Counted from the first letter of the stretch, positions 14,350-27,767 are shown. The stretch is DNA of 64,000 nt from Xylographa opegraphella (GCA_022813865.1 JALDZX010000001.1:744001-808000); one strand, 5' to 3'. Numbers and translations are program-made. Notes: a model not told the origin generated them from the letters alone.

Positions 14350-15907
14350 ATGGCACAGTCATTCAGTTTCGGCTTTGGTGGTGAGGACCTCGACGACGTT
14401 GAAGACGAAGTGTCTGCAAATGCGGAGAATCTTTCTGATCCGCCAGTGGAGTGTGGGGGTCCTCTCAATGAACCTCAACTACACACGTTAGAAGAATTGG
14501 TGAGCCGTGATTAGCAGCCTGCGCTTCATTTATCGTGTTATCTATTTCGTAATTCCTGTGCTAGCTTTTTTCATTCCCTTCTTCGATCGTCTTTCAGAAG
14601 AAAACAGGGGATTGAAGAGCTTTGAACCGCATGCCAAAGGAGTGGCTAGGTACAAAGAATTCGGCTGCTATATCTCGTGCACACAAACGTGCAAGCAGAT
14701 ATTCTTGTTATCTCTACTCATCATTCTTGTTAAAATGCAATATTGCCTTTTCCAGCTTTCCTTCACTCTCCTCAAAGCCAATTGCACGAGCAGCGCTGTC
14801 TAACTCTATACTCCATAGTAGCTCTCCCATCTGCCTTCCTCCATCACATGCACCAGCCATCATGTAGCACAAAACGGAGCGGACATAGACGCAATATGTC
14901 TGCCACGCCGAGATCTTTTCGACATCCGTGCACAGGTCATGGCTGAAGTGGATCCCTCCAGCCTCGACTCAAGCGCCACCGCCGGGCTTCTCTCCGATGA
15001 TATCCTCAGCCGGGTCTACGAAGGAGGCTTCAAGACGTGGGAATGTTCCGTAGACCTCGCAAGGTATATATTCAACTTGCTCGCAACGGAGCAGTTGGTG
15101 CTACGGGGAATGGACACATGTATCATTGAAGTATGTCCCTACTTGACTCCCTGCTGCCACTCCGCCTACCCCTCCTCCTCCGTCAATCAGTAAGCCGGCA
15201 GACAAGACTGACTAGTTCCGCTCCAGCTCGGTGCCGGTACCGCTCTCCCCACAGCTACACTCCTCCACCACCTCGCCTCCGTATCCCCCTCCTCTCGCTC
15301 CACCAGAACACACATCACGGTAGCCGACTACAACGCGCAAGTCCTCGCGCTGGCCACAATCCCAAACCTTCTCCTCACGCTCCTCTCCACTCAAACCCCT
15401 TCCCACCCATGGCCAACAGAAGGCGACCTCGATGTCTCCCCAGCCATGACATCCCGCTTCGCCACCGCCCTACACGACAGAGGCATCCACATCTCCGCAA
15501 TATCCGGCGCCTGGGGCCCCGCCTTCGCATCGCTCATCAGCAGCACCGCCATCGACAGACGCGCAAATGACGACAATGCCACGACTGCGCACAGGCCGAC
15601 AGTAACGCTGATACTAGCGAGCGAGACCATCTACTCCCCTGCGTCTACACGTGCGTTCACGCAGACGGTCCTGGCGCTGCTGAAAGCCAATTCTGCGGGG
15701 CCTGCGCAACGAGCGGTGGCGCTGGTGGCGGCTAAGAGGGTCTACTTCGGCGTCGGCGGCGGCGTGGACGAGTTCCTGGCTGTTCTCGCGGAGATGGGCG
15801 GCTCTGCGCGCTGTGTCTGGGACTCGAGCGAAGCGCGCGCTGGACGGCACGGGGTGGGGAGGTGTATCCTCGAAGTGGGCTTGCAGCCGGTAGGGCAGGA
15901 ACTGTAA
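14350..15907 (+). CDS. HPM1: Protein-histidine N-methyltransferase (Hpm1/METTL18 family)
   Basis: MAQSFSFGF start, LPRRDLFDIRAQVMAE, VYEGGFKTWECSVDL, E|LGAGTALP motif I, ADYN, LILASETIYS, LVAAKRVYFGVGGGV; introns 14500-14821 and about 15131-15225. Confidence 0.85.
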
Positions 15908-16007
15908 ATGCATCATCTCCTTATCAGCGGAGTCAAATCAATCCATCTATATACACAGCTTCCACGTCTCCGATGGTTTCCGCGTCGCCGGTAGACTCTC
16001 GCTCCGT

Positions 16008-18041
16008 TCAAGCGCTTCGCTTCCAGTTCTCCCACCATGCCAACCCCTCATCCCCAACCTTTCTCAACTTCGCCCACTCCCTCTCAATGTCCTTCCCTCC
16101 CGGCCCCACTTCCCCATACGGCCCACCCCTCGCGTCCACCCGGAATCTCTCCCCCTCCCTCCTCACTTCCACCGTAAACCTGCTCTCTACCCCATGGCTC
16201 CCTGCCACACTGCCCTCCAGCTCCTGTAGCAGACCCCAGACCACGACTCCCCACTCCAGACCCCACTTGCGCTCCAGCGCACGCACGCCCGCGTCGCCCT
16301 CCTGCCCTGCGGCCGCGACCTGCAGCACCAGCTTCAGCAGCACCCATTTGTGCACCACCCGCACGGGATGCACCGCTTCCGGGAACAGGAACGGGTCGAT
16401 GCGGAAGTACGTTAGGATGCTGTGCACGAGCGCGGGAACCCACTGCTGTGCGACGAGGAGGACGAGCACGAGCTCGGCACGGAGAGCCGCGAGCGGCTGG
16501 CGGTAAGGTGGGTAGGTCTTGGGAGGGGGAAAGAGCGCCAGGGCCTCTTGGAGGGGTTTGAGACGCACGGTGGGGCCTTGCGCGAGGATCGAGGGGTCGA
16601 GTGACTGTTGGATCAGGGTGCGAGCGCGGGTTTCGAGGCCGTCGAGCTGGGTGGTTGAGAGGGCGGCTGCGAGCGCCAGGGGTGGGTCGACGCGTGCGAG
16701 GGTCTGGGGAGGCCTGGCAGAGCAGGAGGGGCAGGCGCAGGGGAAAAAGTATCGGGAGAGGAGGTCGGCGCGGCGGGTGGAAGCGGGGTTGGTGATGTCG
16801 ATGTAGGAGATTGTGATTTCGGTGTCTTTGGCGATGGGGCGAAGGGTGCGAACGGAGAGGGTGGAGCCGGAGAAGGAGACGCAGGTGTTAGGTGTACAGG
16901 AGTGGTTGAGGAGGGCGGCGGTGGGGGAGAGGGAGAGGCCAAGAGGGGTGTAGGTAGGGGTCACGAGGGTGAGGGAGTTGATGAGGATCTGGAAGTGATA
17001 GCTGTTAGACATGTTTTGGATAAAATTACGGAAATGTTCGAGGGTTGATAGGATGTGGAACGTACTCTTCCTATCATCCCTTCCACTCCACCCAAGTCCT
17101 CTTTCGTTGCTGAGTATTCTTTGGCAGCTCTTGCCATTACCTGTATATTCTCCCATGTATTGTGGCTTTGAGGGTTTCTCTGAGCTTTGAAGTCTTCGAG
17201 ATGGTGCTGCAGGTTTAGAAATCCTTCCCAATCGGTTTGAGGGAGGACATCATTTTGGCGAAGAAGAAGCAGACGTAAGAGCAAACGGACCGTGTTAGGA
17301 AGAACCTTAGGATATAGGCGTTTGAAGATCTTGCATTCGTATTTGTGATGGTGTTTCCAGGACGCCTTCTGGCATGCCTGAAGTAAGAAAGGTGTCAGTA
17401 CAGTGAACGAAGACGATAATAATGTACTTGCATTGAAATAGATGCAGAATAACAAGCAATATCCAAAAGGGCATTTCCATTTTTCTCTCTCAGAATAATT
17501 CTGGAGGAACTCTTTTCCGAACGGAGTATCAACCCAGAAGCAATACTTTCAAAGATACAAAAGGAGCAAATACCATAACCAATATCAAAACGTCTTACGA
17601 ACAACGATCAACAAATCCAAAAGCACTCACCCATCAAAGAAACTCAAGACCTACCTCCCCACAAACCCTCACGACCCCACAACCTCCGCACTTCCTCAGC
17701 TTCACCGTCCCCTCCTCCCCATCCCCACTCCCACTCCCATCCACCTCCTCCACCGTAACGAAACACCATTCACACGCCACCCCCAGCTTTGGCGAGTCCA
17801 GCACACTCGTCACATCCGCGTTCAGCTTCAGCACCAGCTCCCCCGGTCCAAATTCCTTAGCAGCAAACAATCCATTACCCGCAAGCCCGGCTTTACCGGT
17901 GTAGGTGTGGTAGTTGTTAGCGCCGGAAGTGCCTATATCACGGGCTCTGCCGCCGATGCCTTGGTCGATGACTCGGGCAGTGGTCCCGAAGCCGAGGTCT
18001 GTGCCAAGGGCGGCGAGAGAGTCCGGATCTGTAGGCGCCAT
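16008..18041 (-). CDS. SET and MYND domain (SMYD-like) lysine methyltransferase
   Basis: GNGLFA (SET-N), CEWC..CGGC..C|ACQKASWKHHHKYEC (MYND), NHSCTPN, EITISYID, YFFPCACPSC post-SET; two introns. Confidence 0.88.
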
Positions 18042-19404
18042 GGCTACTTAGGTAGAGAAGAATACGGACTTGGGCGTCGTGAAGGTGCTCAGGCCGGGGT
18101 AGTCGGAGGGAAAGAATTCTTCGCTCAATGATGCTTATTCTTGTTCGAGGATTGACAAGGAATGTCCAGCGTGAAGCTCGGTTCGTGAGTGACGGGTTGG
18201 TGCTACCTAGGTATTTAATAGCGCGTAAATGGCTGCCCTGATAATGGTATAGCGCCATAGCCAAGCGATTGGGTTAAGGTCATCGGATTTAGGGTTTAAT
18301 CATGCGCTAGACCCAAAACAGGTGGATGTGACATATCCAGCCAGTACTCAGGACCATTCATGTGTATATGTTTTTATGTTATAGTCCTGCTTCTTTTATA
18401 GCTTTTCGATTATTAGAGTCTGAGTTACTATTATGGCCTAACTTTGGAAAAGTTAACTGCATTTCATGATCCAAATATTGTAAATACCCATCATGACAAC
18501 CGTCAACCCGCGCCGTCCTTGGAGGCGCCTACCACTTTCCCCCAATCCGACCCGTCCAACAAGGCCCACATACATTTATATGGCGCACATATCTGGGCTA
18601 AGTCCGGCTGTGTTGGCAGTGAGTAGAGACGTCAAGGCCATGACTAGCATTTACTTTAAAATGGTGAAGCAGATCGTGTCGAGTGTGGGAAGCTACTAAT
18701 TATCGAACCAAGAGGACCTTTGAACATGGACCAGCAAAGTATATTGCTACGAACAACGCTGGAGGCAAGCGTCGTTGAGACACTGTCGCAATTGTGTAGC
18801 GTGATTTTAAAGAGGGAAGACTTCGAGTCTTCCCGGTCATAACCGTGGATTTGGGCCGTCAACGAATGAGGTGTGTCGTCCTGGACAGCTTCTCGTTAAA
18901 GATCTCTTCTTCCGCAATTCGCGTGCCGGGTGCAGGTAACGATTCGATGGCAAAGGTAAATGATTGGAATGTCTCCGGTCGATTTCTTGTACAGTCTCCG
19001 AACTTCAAGCAAGAGCTGTCATTCTGCTGTTCTTCGCGCATCTCGAAGAGGCGGTTATATACTCATGGCGAAGGGTGCGCTAAATATGAAATACTCAATA
19101 GCGATTATTGTACCATGTCTCACGAAATGCCCATTATCAAGTCGAAGTACGTGCAGTACATTTGTGCATTTGTGGGCTCGAATACATAGAAATACAATTT
19201 GTAAGTACAAAGAAAGTGAAACATATCGCAGGTCATGTAAAGAATGATCAACAGCTGCCAGGCGATCGTCAATTGCGTATCTCAGATCCGAAACAAAACA
19301 AACAGCACAGCGCTTTTCCGGCACTTCTCATCATCACCGGAGCGTTGCGCCATAATGTCTCGTTACCTTACGCCAGGTCGTGCCATTCTCCATTTTACCC
19401 TCCT

Positions 19405-21167
19405 TCAATAATCCCAGAAACTGTCTTCCTTCGGGGCCTGTTGTTTCTTGCTGGCCATGAACTTGCCTGCATTCATGCCTCCTTCGCCATCCTCGTCACT
19501 TTCGTCCCCGAATCCCCAATTCCTTCCCGTTCCCTTTCTTCCACCCATGCCATCGCCGGCCGTCTTGATCTTGGTATTAGTGACGTTACCACTGCTATAT
19601 TCAAACTTCTCCTTGTCCACTGCCGGCTTGGTCTGAGCTGGCGCTGCTGGACTAACATCGGTGGCCACCCACTGCGCCTCCATGCCTTTAACAGACTTGT
19701 TTCTGTTGTGCGCGATCGGGCGGTTATTCTGGCTCGCGGTTTTTTCTCCTAATCCAGGGGACGAATCCGTCATCTGGAAATGAGGTTCAAAGTCCTTTTT
19801 ACGATCCTTGAGATTCGTTATCGTGGTTGGAGCGTTGGGTTTCTTCTCAGGACTTTTACTCAATTCTGTATCATCATACAAGTTGTTCTTATATAGTCCC
19901 ATGTTGTTCGAACCCTGTCCTTTTGACGCTCCTGGCCTACGATTCTCGTTCGCCATATCGTCTTGTTGAAATCCGAATTGGGCTTCGGCACCACGATGAG
20001 ATTGCACTGCTTTTGTGTTTTTAGTAGGGTTCTCTGAATTCGTCTCTTCATCACCCCAGCCAAAGTTACGAGCATCTTGTGGACGAAACTTTTGAGGAAC
20101 CTTCTCGGGAGTCGAGAAATCTGCGAAATCCCATTGAGACCCGTGCTTGTTGGCCGGACGTGGCTTAGAAGACGGCTGCTGGATTGGATCATCTACACCA
20201 TCCGCGAATTCGAAGTGATTGTACATTTGAGGGTTTGCCCTCATACCTTTTTGAGGACTACCACCCTTGCTATTTTCTGGCTCATCGGTATCAAACAGAC
20301 GGGATGGTTTGAAATTTTTACCTGCACCCCCTTTCGTAGGGAAGACATTATGAATATCCTTAGCTGGAGATGGTGGCCCTGCTTTCGAAGCTGGTGAGGC
20401 ATCTGACTCGTTGCCTGGAAATAAATCATGGTAATCACGTGGTGCGGGCTTTGCTGAAGCACGAGGAGCAACAGCTTGAGGAAATGCAGTATGCTGATTT
20501 TCTTCTCGAGGATCAAATAATGATAGACTAGCATGAGGATCCCCCGTGACATTTTTTCTAGGTGAGGGTGGCTTGCTTGTGATGGCAACGTCTCCCATCC
20601 GCTTTGTTGTAGGCATGAGTCCTTCATGTGTCCCAGAGGTGTGGGATGCGCTCGATGCAATCAAGCGAGCCTGGTCCTTCCCATCACGTATGGGCCAGTT
20701 TGCAGCCCGAGACCCAATGACATCAACCAGTTTAAGGAGAGATCCTTGGTCCCAGTATAGCCGGATCTGCTTAATATGATGATTGTTGTCGAAGTGAACG
20801 ATATGGACCTATGACAATAGTCAGAAATTATTCTGGGCTTTGTAGGAGAAGAACTTACTATCGGGAATGTTACCACTCGATCTGACAGGAAGTTGTCGTC
20901 CAAGCCAGGAAGATATGCTCCGCCACCACTGATAAATTCAAGAGTGGTTTCTACATCTAAGCAGATCGCATTGTCGCTCTCGATGCTGCTCAGAACCTTC
21001 TCTGTCTTTCTTTTCGCAATTCTCTGTTGCTGCGAAACGTGTTTAGTGATGGCTGCAGACCCGTTGACGGTGGTCAGGGTTATGATATAATTTAGAGAGG
21101 AATCGTCACTCAGGTGTGTTGCATTGGGAAAGGCAAGAAATGCTTCGTAAGCTGAGGTGAGTGACAT
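19405..21167 (-). CDS. Conserved fungal protein with N-terminal NTF2-like domain and long disordered tail
   Basis: GGGAYLPGLDDNFL..TFPI|VHIVHFD..IKQIRLYWDQGSLLK after intron 20858-20809; low-complexity C-terminal region ending SFWDY. Confidence 0.75.
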
Positions 21168-22047
21168 GATTCTGTTTCTCTATAGAAGTTCGAGAGAGGA
21201 TTACGATGAAGAAGGCCCTCAGGAGTGACCTTTCACTTGTTGTGGTGAGAAAACGGGACGATCTCGGCTGCTGAAACCGCTTTTGTTTACTAACTTTGAT
21301 GCTCAAAACCGGGAAACGGTCAATGCGCTGGCTCTTACGGAGTAATGGCACTTGAACTTCTTGTAAACTCTCATTCGCCAGAGAATTGAATACCAGTTCT
21401 TCGAGTACGTTTTCCGAGATTGTCCCAGCGGTGTCAACAGCCAACACGCCGAAGACTTTACCTGACGCCCCTCCATTAATGGTGGGGTACGGCCTGGAAT
21501 AGCCCCTCTAATCTACACGCGTCGCGCCCCTGAATTATGCAGCACGTGATTCACGTGAGTCCATGGTCCCTGGATTAGAGACGGCTAATGATTCTGCAAT
21601 ACAAAGCAGAATCCGAAAAGTAGCCAATGTATTATGAGTTATAGTTGACTGTACATAAGCAATTTCGTGCGCTGAGAACTTGGCTATGAATCCCCAAACA
21701 CAGATCATTGTATTGTGCTCGACAACAGCGGGGCTCAGCAGAGTAGCACAAGCAGTGATAAGCTAGATTTATTTGACCCCCGACAATCGACTTTTGCGTT
21801 GACTCGAGCTATATACACAGAGGGTCTGTACGCTATTGCCAAGTAGAGCTGCACCACAGAAGCCCAAGCCATGAACTCATACAGAAGAATCCAAAAATCC
21901 CCGGCAGGCACGTAAAACGCAGTAAGGAAGACTTCCGCCACGTTAAACAGACGATTATGTAAGACGGGTTTTCCATACACAGCTACGACCATGAACCATC
22001 AAAGCTCAATTGTCCAATGAATAGATTGCCCTGTCCCCTGCCATTGT

Positions 22048-22824
22048 TTACAAGAATGCGACCGCAACTACCAGTACAGCACCCAGACCGACACCAGCTT
22101 GCAGCGCTGCGGCGCCGTTGGTATTGGTCACGGTGGTTGTCTGACTGGCACTTGCGCTTGCCGTGTTCGTGCCACTGCTGCTCGACGAGGCTTGAGTGGA
22201 AGACATGCTCCCAGAGGACGTCATGGTCTCAGTGGTCATGGTAGTCATACCAGACGTTGAAGAACCGGTAGCGCTTGTTGTTACTATGCCGGTAGAAGTC
22301 ATTGACATGCCAGTGGTTCCGGATGAGGGAGCAGTCATGGATGCAGATGCGGTCTCAGAAGCAGACGCGGAACCGGAAGCTGAAGCGGATGACGGGACTG
22401 GCTGGTTGCTGGAGATAATATCGAATTGTGGGGTATAATTGGTTTGCGCTGGATCCTGGTCATTTGTGATCTCGATTGTGTAGGTGTTGCCAGCAACGAT
22501 ATTTGTTGGTGGTGTGTACGTGTATGTGCCAGTGTTAGGGAGATTTGCTGCAATCTGGATATCAGTACGTCGGCAGCGACAGTCTGAGAGGGTCACAAGT
22601 CACGTACCGACAATCACTGAGCCAGCATTGAGGTTACCATTCGGGCCATCGCGCAAAGTGAGTGTGACAGTACTGCCCGAAAGATTGCTCCATGTGAATG
22701 TGGTAGGTTGTCCCGCGTTGAGAAGATAGTTACCAGCCGGAGGAATGTCGAATGCGTTTGGACCTGATTGGCATGAAGCCAAGGTTGCCAGTGCAGACAC
22801 AAAGAGACCGAGTGAGAAGCGCAT
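22048..22824 (-). CDS. GPI-anchored Ser/Thr-rich cell-wall protein, Kre9/Knh1-like N-terminal domain
   Basis: Signal peptide MRFSLGLFVSALA; AGQPTTFTW, VTLTL, YTYTP, NYTPQF; S/T tail; hydrophobic GPI signal; intron 22607-22548. Confidence 0.85.
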
Positions 22825-23156
22825 GTTTTGGAGGTTCTGGTGGCGACGGCTGATTAAACGATGCAGAATAATGTTCTCAAAAATGTATGCTGAAGTGAAT
22901 GCTATTCGGCACCTTCTGGAAGCGCAAGTGCTGCAAAAGAGTGTACAGAAGAAGATGGTCAACGAACGGAAGGATATATAATGCACGTCGATGAGACCGA
23001 TGTTGGAGGAACGGAACGCCTGGAACTAACCTTACCTTATGTAACGATCCCAAATTAGATCTGCAAATATCTGCTAACGCAGGGGATAATACGAGCACTA
23101 GACTAATGTAGGTACGTAATTTAAGGCGGGGTGTACTACGCAGTAAATCTTTATGC

Positions 23157-23163
23157 TGAGTCA
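23157..23163. promoter_or_regulatory. Gcn4/CpcA consensus site (TGAGTCA) upstream of LYS2
   Basis: Exact TGASTCA 730 nt before the LYS2 ATG; a second GAGTCA at 23621-23626. Confidence 0.5.
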
Positions 23164-23890
23164 CCCTGTCAAGCGAATGATATCCACCAATGAGAAAAAA
23201 GATCTGATGAGAAATTGGCTGCGCTACGGAGGTAATATAAAAGGATTCCAGCCACAGCCAGCATTCAGCCGAGGACCGCCGGGAGGCTGTGCGCGATGGA
23301 ACCTCAGCTTCGGCGAAGCCATCGGCGGGAGTTGGTCTCATCACCTCATGGCTTCCTCACCACGAATACTGCTACAAAGACCGGCCGTTTGTTCGTCGAC
23401 GGTGGAATCACCATTATTGTTATGGCCATGTTGCCCACCAAGCTCGCGAAAGGAATGCGCCGCAATGATGATTTTGCTTAGCGTCGACCTAAGCATCAAA
23501 AAGTTTTTTAGAGAAGCCTAAAATAATGTGTCCTTCACAGACTTGTGTGGATTGAATACTCCATAACTCACCATAGAGAAAATAAAACATCTACTTGGAA
23601 AAAGTGCAGTGACTTATACCGAGTCACAGTGTTCACGTGCTTCCTCACCTTGATTCTCCATCCCTTCGTACTCCAGGTTTGTCCGGCGAGCCTCTGGCGT
23701 ACACGACCAGGATCATATGTTTCTTCACCCTTTGGCGAATCTCATTTGTCTTTTGTAAACCTTTTGAATGTATCATGCATATTTGAATATGGTCTAGGAA
23801 GCAGTCAAGCAATAAGAAGAGTTTGTGCTAGTTGTGCAAACGACCTGAGCGGAAGGAAGCGGCACAACCGCTCCCCTGAAGGCACCAAGT

Positions 23891-26800
23891 ATGTCAAACG
23901 GTCACACGAAACTGCCCGATCCAACTGCAGATCTTCACTGGTCGGATTATAGAGGCGCGATTCATGACCTTTTTACGGCAAATGCCCTTCGACATCCGAA
24001 TCGATTATGTGTGGTGGAGACTGAATCGACTAATAAGCCCCGACGTGAGTTTGATTATGGTCAAATAAACAGAGCAAGCAATCAGCTAGCTCATCATTTT
24101 ATCCATCACGGTATTGAGCGTGGAGATGTCGTTATGGTGTACGCTCATCGAGGTGTCGACTTGGTAGTCGCAGTCATGGGCATCCTCAAGGCTGTAATGT
24201 CTGCCTACTTATCAGTTTGGATTTAGTCGGCTAATCAACCTCAGGGCGCTACATTCTCCGTCATAGATCCTGCCTATCCACCTGATAGACAAGTGATATA
24301 CCTTGATGTGGCCAAGCCAAGAGGCTTAGTTGTGATCCGCAAAGCATCTCAGGAAGCGGGAGAGCTCACCGAGCACGTCCGATCTTACATTTCCAAAAAT
24401 CTACACCTTAGAACCGAGGTCCCGGGATTGATGCTTCGGGATGACGGCAAGCTTATAGGCGGGAGTATTATCGAAAATGGTAAGGACGTTTTGCAAGAAC
24501 AATTGGCGCTCGCGGGGAACACCCCTGGAGTTGTTGTCGGTCCGGACAGTACTCCTACATTGTCATTCACTTCTGGTTCCGAAGGCCGTCCCAAAGGTGT
24601 CCGAGGTCGACATTTCTCTCTGGCTTACTACTTTCCCTGGATGTCCAAAGCATTCAGTCTCACCAAGGATGACAAGTTCACTATGCTCTCAGGCATCGCT
24701 CATGACCCTATCCAGAGAGACATTTTTACTCCACTTTTTCTTGGAGCGCAACTGCTAGTCCCAGCAAGGGAGGATATACAGCACGAGCTACTTGCAGAAT
24801 GGATGAATCGAGAAAAGGCAACTGTTACCCACCTCACTCCAGCTATGGGTCAGATTCTCGTCGGAGGTGCAAGCGCGGTCTTCCCTTCCTTGCATCATGC
24901 CTTCTTTGTTGGAGACATTCTGATCAAGAGAGACTGTAAGCGATTGCAAGAGCTGGCATCGAATGTCAATATTGTCAAGTTTGTGTTTCTTACCGATTTT
25001 GATGAGCGTGAAGACCACTAATCTCATTCATATAGCATGTACGGAACTACCGAAACACAAAGAGCCGTAAGCTACTTCGAGATTCCGAGTCACAATCAGG
25101 ACCCAGCCTATCTCGACAAAATTGAGGACATCATTCCTGCAGGCAGGGGTATGTATGATGTGCAGTTACTGGTCGTGGATCGCGACGATAGAACCCGACT
25201 CTGTGGCGTTGGAGAGGTCGGAGAGATTTACGTACGCGCGGGTGGACTTGCAGAGGGCTATCTTGGACAGGACTTAGTGGACCTAACGAAGTCCAAATTT
25301 GTCGAGAATTGGTTCCTTGATCCGCAGAAGTGGATCGATGAAGATCAGAAGATCATCGCAGCTCAGGAAGAAAGCCAACCGTGGAGAGAGTTTTACAAAG
25401 GACCGCGAGACCGTCTCTACCGCAGTGGTGACCTAGGGCGATACATGCCAACAGGCGATGTCCAGTGTACGGGTAGAATTGATTCGCAAGTTAAGATCAG
25501 AGGTTTTCGTGTCGAACTAGGAGAGATTGATACGCTTCTGTCTCAGCATTTCCTAGTACGCGAAAACTGCACCTTGCTGCGCCGAGATAAGAACGAGGAG
25601 CCAACCCTCGTATCCTACGTCGTACCAGAGATGCAAAATTGGTACCAATGGCTGGAACAACAGAGGCTTAGCGAGACCTCTGCAGATGACAGCATGGTCG
25701 GAATGCTCAGAAGGTTTAAAGCACTCGTCGAAGAAGCGCGGAGTTATCTCAAAACCAAACTGCCTGCTTACGCTGTCCCAACCGTCTTTGTGCCCTTACG
25801 CCGGATGCCGCTAAATCCCAATGGAAAGATCGATAAGCCTGCCTTACCATTTCCTGATGCAGCGGAGTTAAGTGCAGCTTCTCTGCGTCGATCATCTTCC
25901 TCCACCTCTCATGTGGACCGGTCTGAAACCGAAACCCTTGTAGCCCGGATATGGGCAAATCTCATTCCTCATACGATCGCAAAGACTATCCGCCCGGAAG
26001 ACTCTTTCTTTGATATTGGCGGTCATAGCATTCTAGCCCAGCGAGTAATCATGGATGTCAAGCAGCAATGGAAAGGCATTGATATAAGCATGGTCACCAT
26101 CATCCGTCATTCCACCCTTCGAGCCTTTTCCTCTGAGATTGACCGAGCCCTAGATCCGATTGGATTACGACTTGACGAGAAACAGCCCGACGGTGGTGCT
26201 GACAATGGTGACTCGTATTCTGCAGATGCTTCCAGACTGGAGCAGCGATTGCTAAGTCAATACCCAAATGCCCAGCTGCAAACATCGGAACCAAAGACTA
26301 TATTATTGACAGGTGCTACTGGCTTTCTGGGAGCCTACATCTTAAGAGACCTTCTCAGATATCAGGAACCGCAGAACAAAGTCATTGTCCATGTGCGTTC
26401 GTCAACTGCTCTTGATGGTATGGATCGTATACAACGGAACTGTCAAGCATATGGTATTTGGTCGGATTCTTGGAGACCTCGGATCAAATGTGTAGCTGGC
26501 GACCTCCTGAAGCCAAAGCTTGGTCTTTCGGCAACAAACTGGGATCAAGTGGCGATGGAGGCTGATGTGATAGTACACAATGGTGCACAGGTCCATTGGG
26601 TTCTTCCATACGAACAGCTCAAGGCATCCAACGTTATCAGTACCTTGGATGCTATGGAGCTTTGTGCATCAGCAAAACCGAAGGCTTTTACATTCGTCAG
26701 CTCGACCAGTGTACTAGATACTGATTTTTATGTCAAGATGTCTGAGGGGGGAACCGCGGTTCCAGAAGAGGACAGTCTCGAGGGTAGCCGGAAGGGACTG

Positions 26801-27767
26801 GGAACTGGATATGGCCAGAGCAAATGGGTCAGTGAATACCTTGTGCGAGAAGCCGGTAGGAGAGGTTTGAGAGGCGCTATCGTAAGACCTGGTTATGTCA
26901 CTGGAGACTCAATAACGGGAGGTAAGATCACCGTCCACCCATTCTGCACAGCATAGTACACCATATAGCTGTTTTATCCCTCTCCCCCTTTTTCGACCAA
27001 TGCTGATGGGCTCGACAGTGACCAATACCGATGACTTCCTCGTTCGCATGCTAAAGGGGTGCATCCAACTGCAAAGTGCGCCAACGATAAGCAATACAAT
27101 CAACATGGTTCCAGTGGACCATGTCGCACGCGTCGTTGTATCTTGTGCGTTTGATCCTCCGGTGAATCCGCTAGGCGTAGCACAGGTTACTGGACACCCA
27201 CGAATGACATTCAGTGAATTTGGAGGATCATTGGCACAATACGGGTACCAAGTGCCTGAGGTGGACTACGAGACTTGGCAAAGAAGTCTTGAGATTTACG
27301 TGAAGAACCAATCGAAAGAAAGAAGTACTGCAGAGGAGCACGCGCTGATGCCGCTGTATCATTTCGTAATAGGTGTGTCTTCAGGACTGGTACCTCAGAT
27401 ACCTCAGACAGACATTCCGTTTGTGCGGAGCGTTCTGTGTACTTTCACCGTTATGCCATTGCGAAGCTGACTGCTCTCAGGTGATCTTCCTGCTGGCACC
27501 AAAGCCCCCGAGCTCTCCGATATCAATACAGCTGCGGCCCTACGTGCTGATGCAGCACGTACTGGCGAGGACCGCTCTGCCGGAGCTGGAGTGACATTGA
27601 CCCTGATGGGGACATACATCGCGTACCTTGTTGCGACTGGCTTCCTGCCGCCACCAAACAGTGACGGTCGACCATTACCTGCACTGCAGCTTGGCGATCT
27701 ACAACGCGAGAGCCTGAAGCAGATTGGAGGACGAGGATCCGGTCGTGCAGATCCGAAAGCTATTTAA
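23891..27767 (+). CDS. LYS2: L-2-aminoadipate reductase (A-T-R, NRPS-like)
   Basis: [32 protein letters not shown], phosphopantetheine site FFDIGGHSI, reductase TGATGFLG and GYGQSKW; four introns; stop TAA 27765-27767. Confidence 0.97.

Noticed and set aside
18268..18297. Telomere-like GGGTTA/TTAGGG words
   Set aside because: Isolated imperfect units; no array and no full template sequence.
18656..19075. Possible frameshifted F-box-like relic (LRHE/VYNRLFEM) on the minus strand
   Set aside because: The similarity is too short to support a pseudogene call.
23891..27767. NRPS-like gene as the core of a secondary-metabolite cluster
   Set aside because: The motifs are those of primary-metabolism Lys2, and the neighbours are not tailoring enzymes or transporters.
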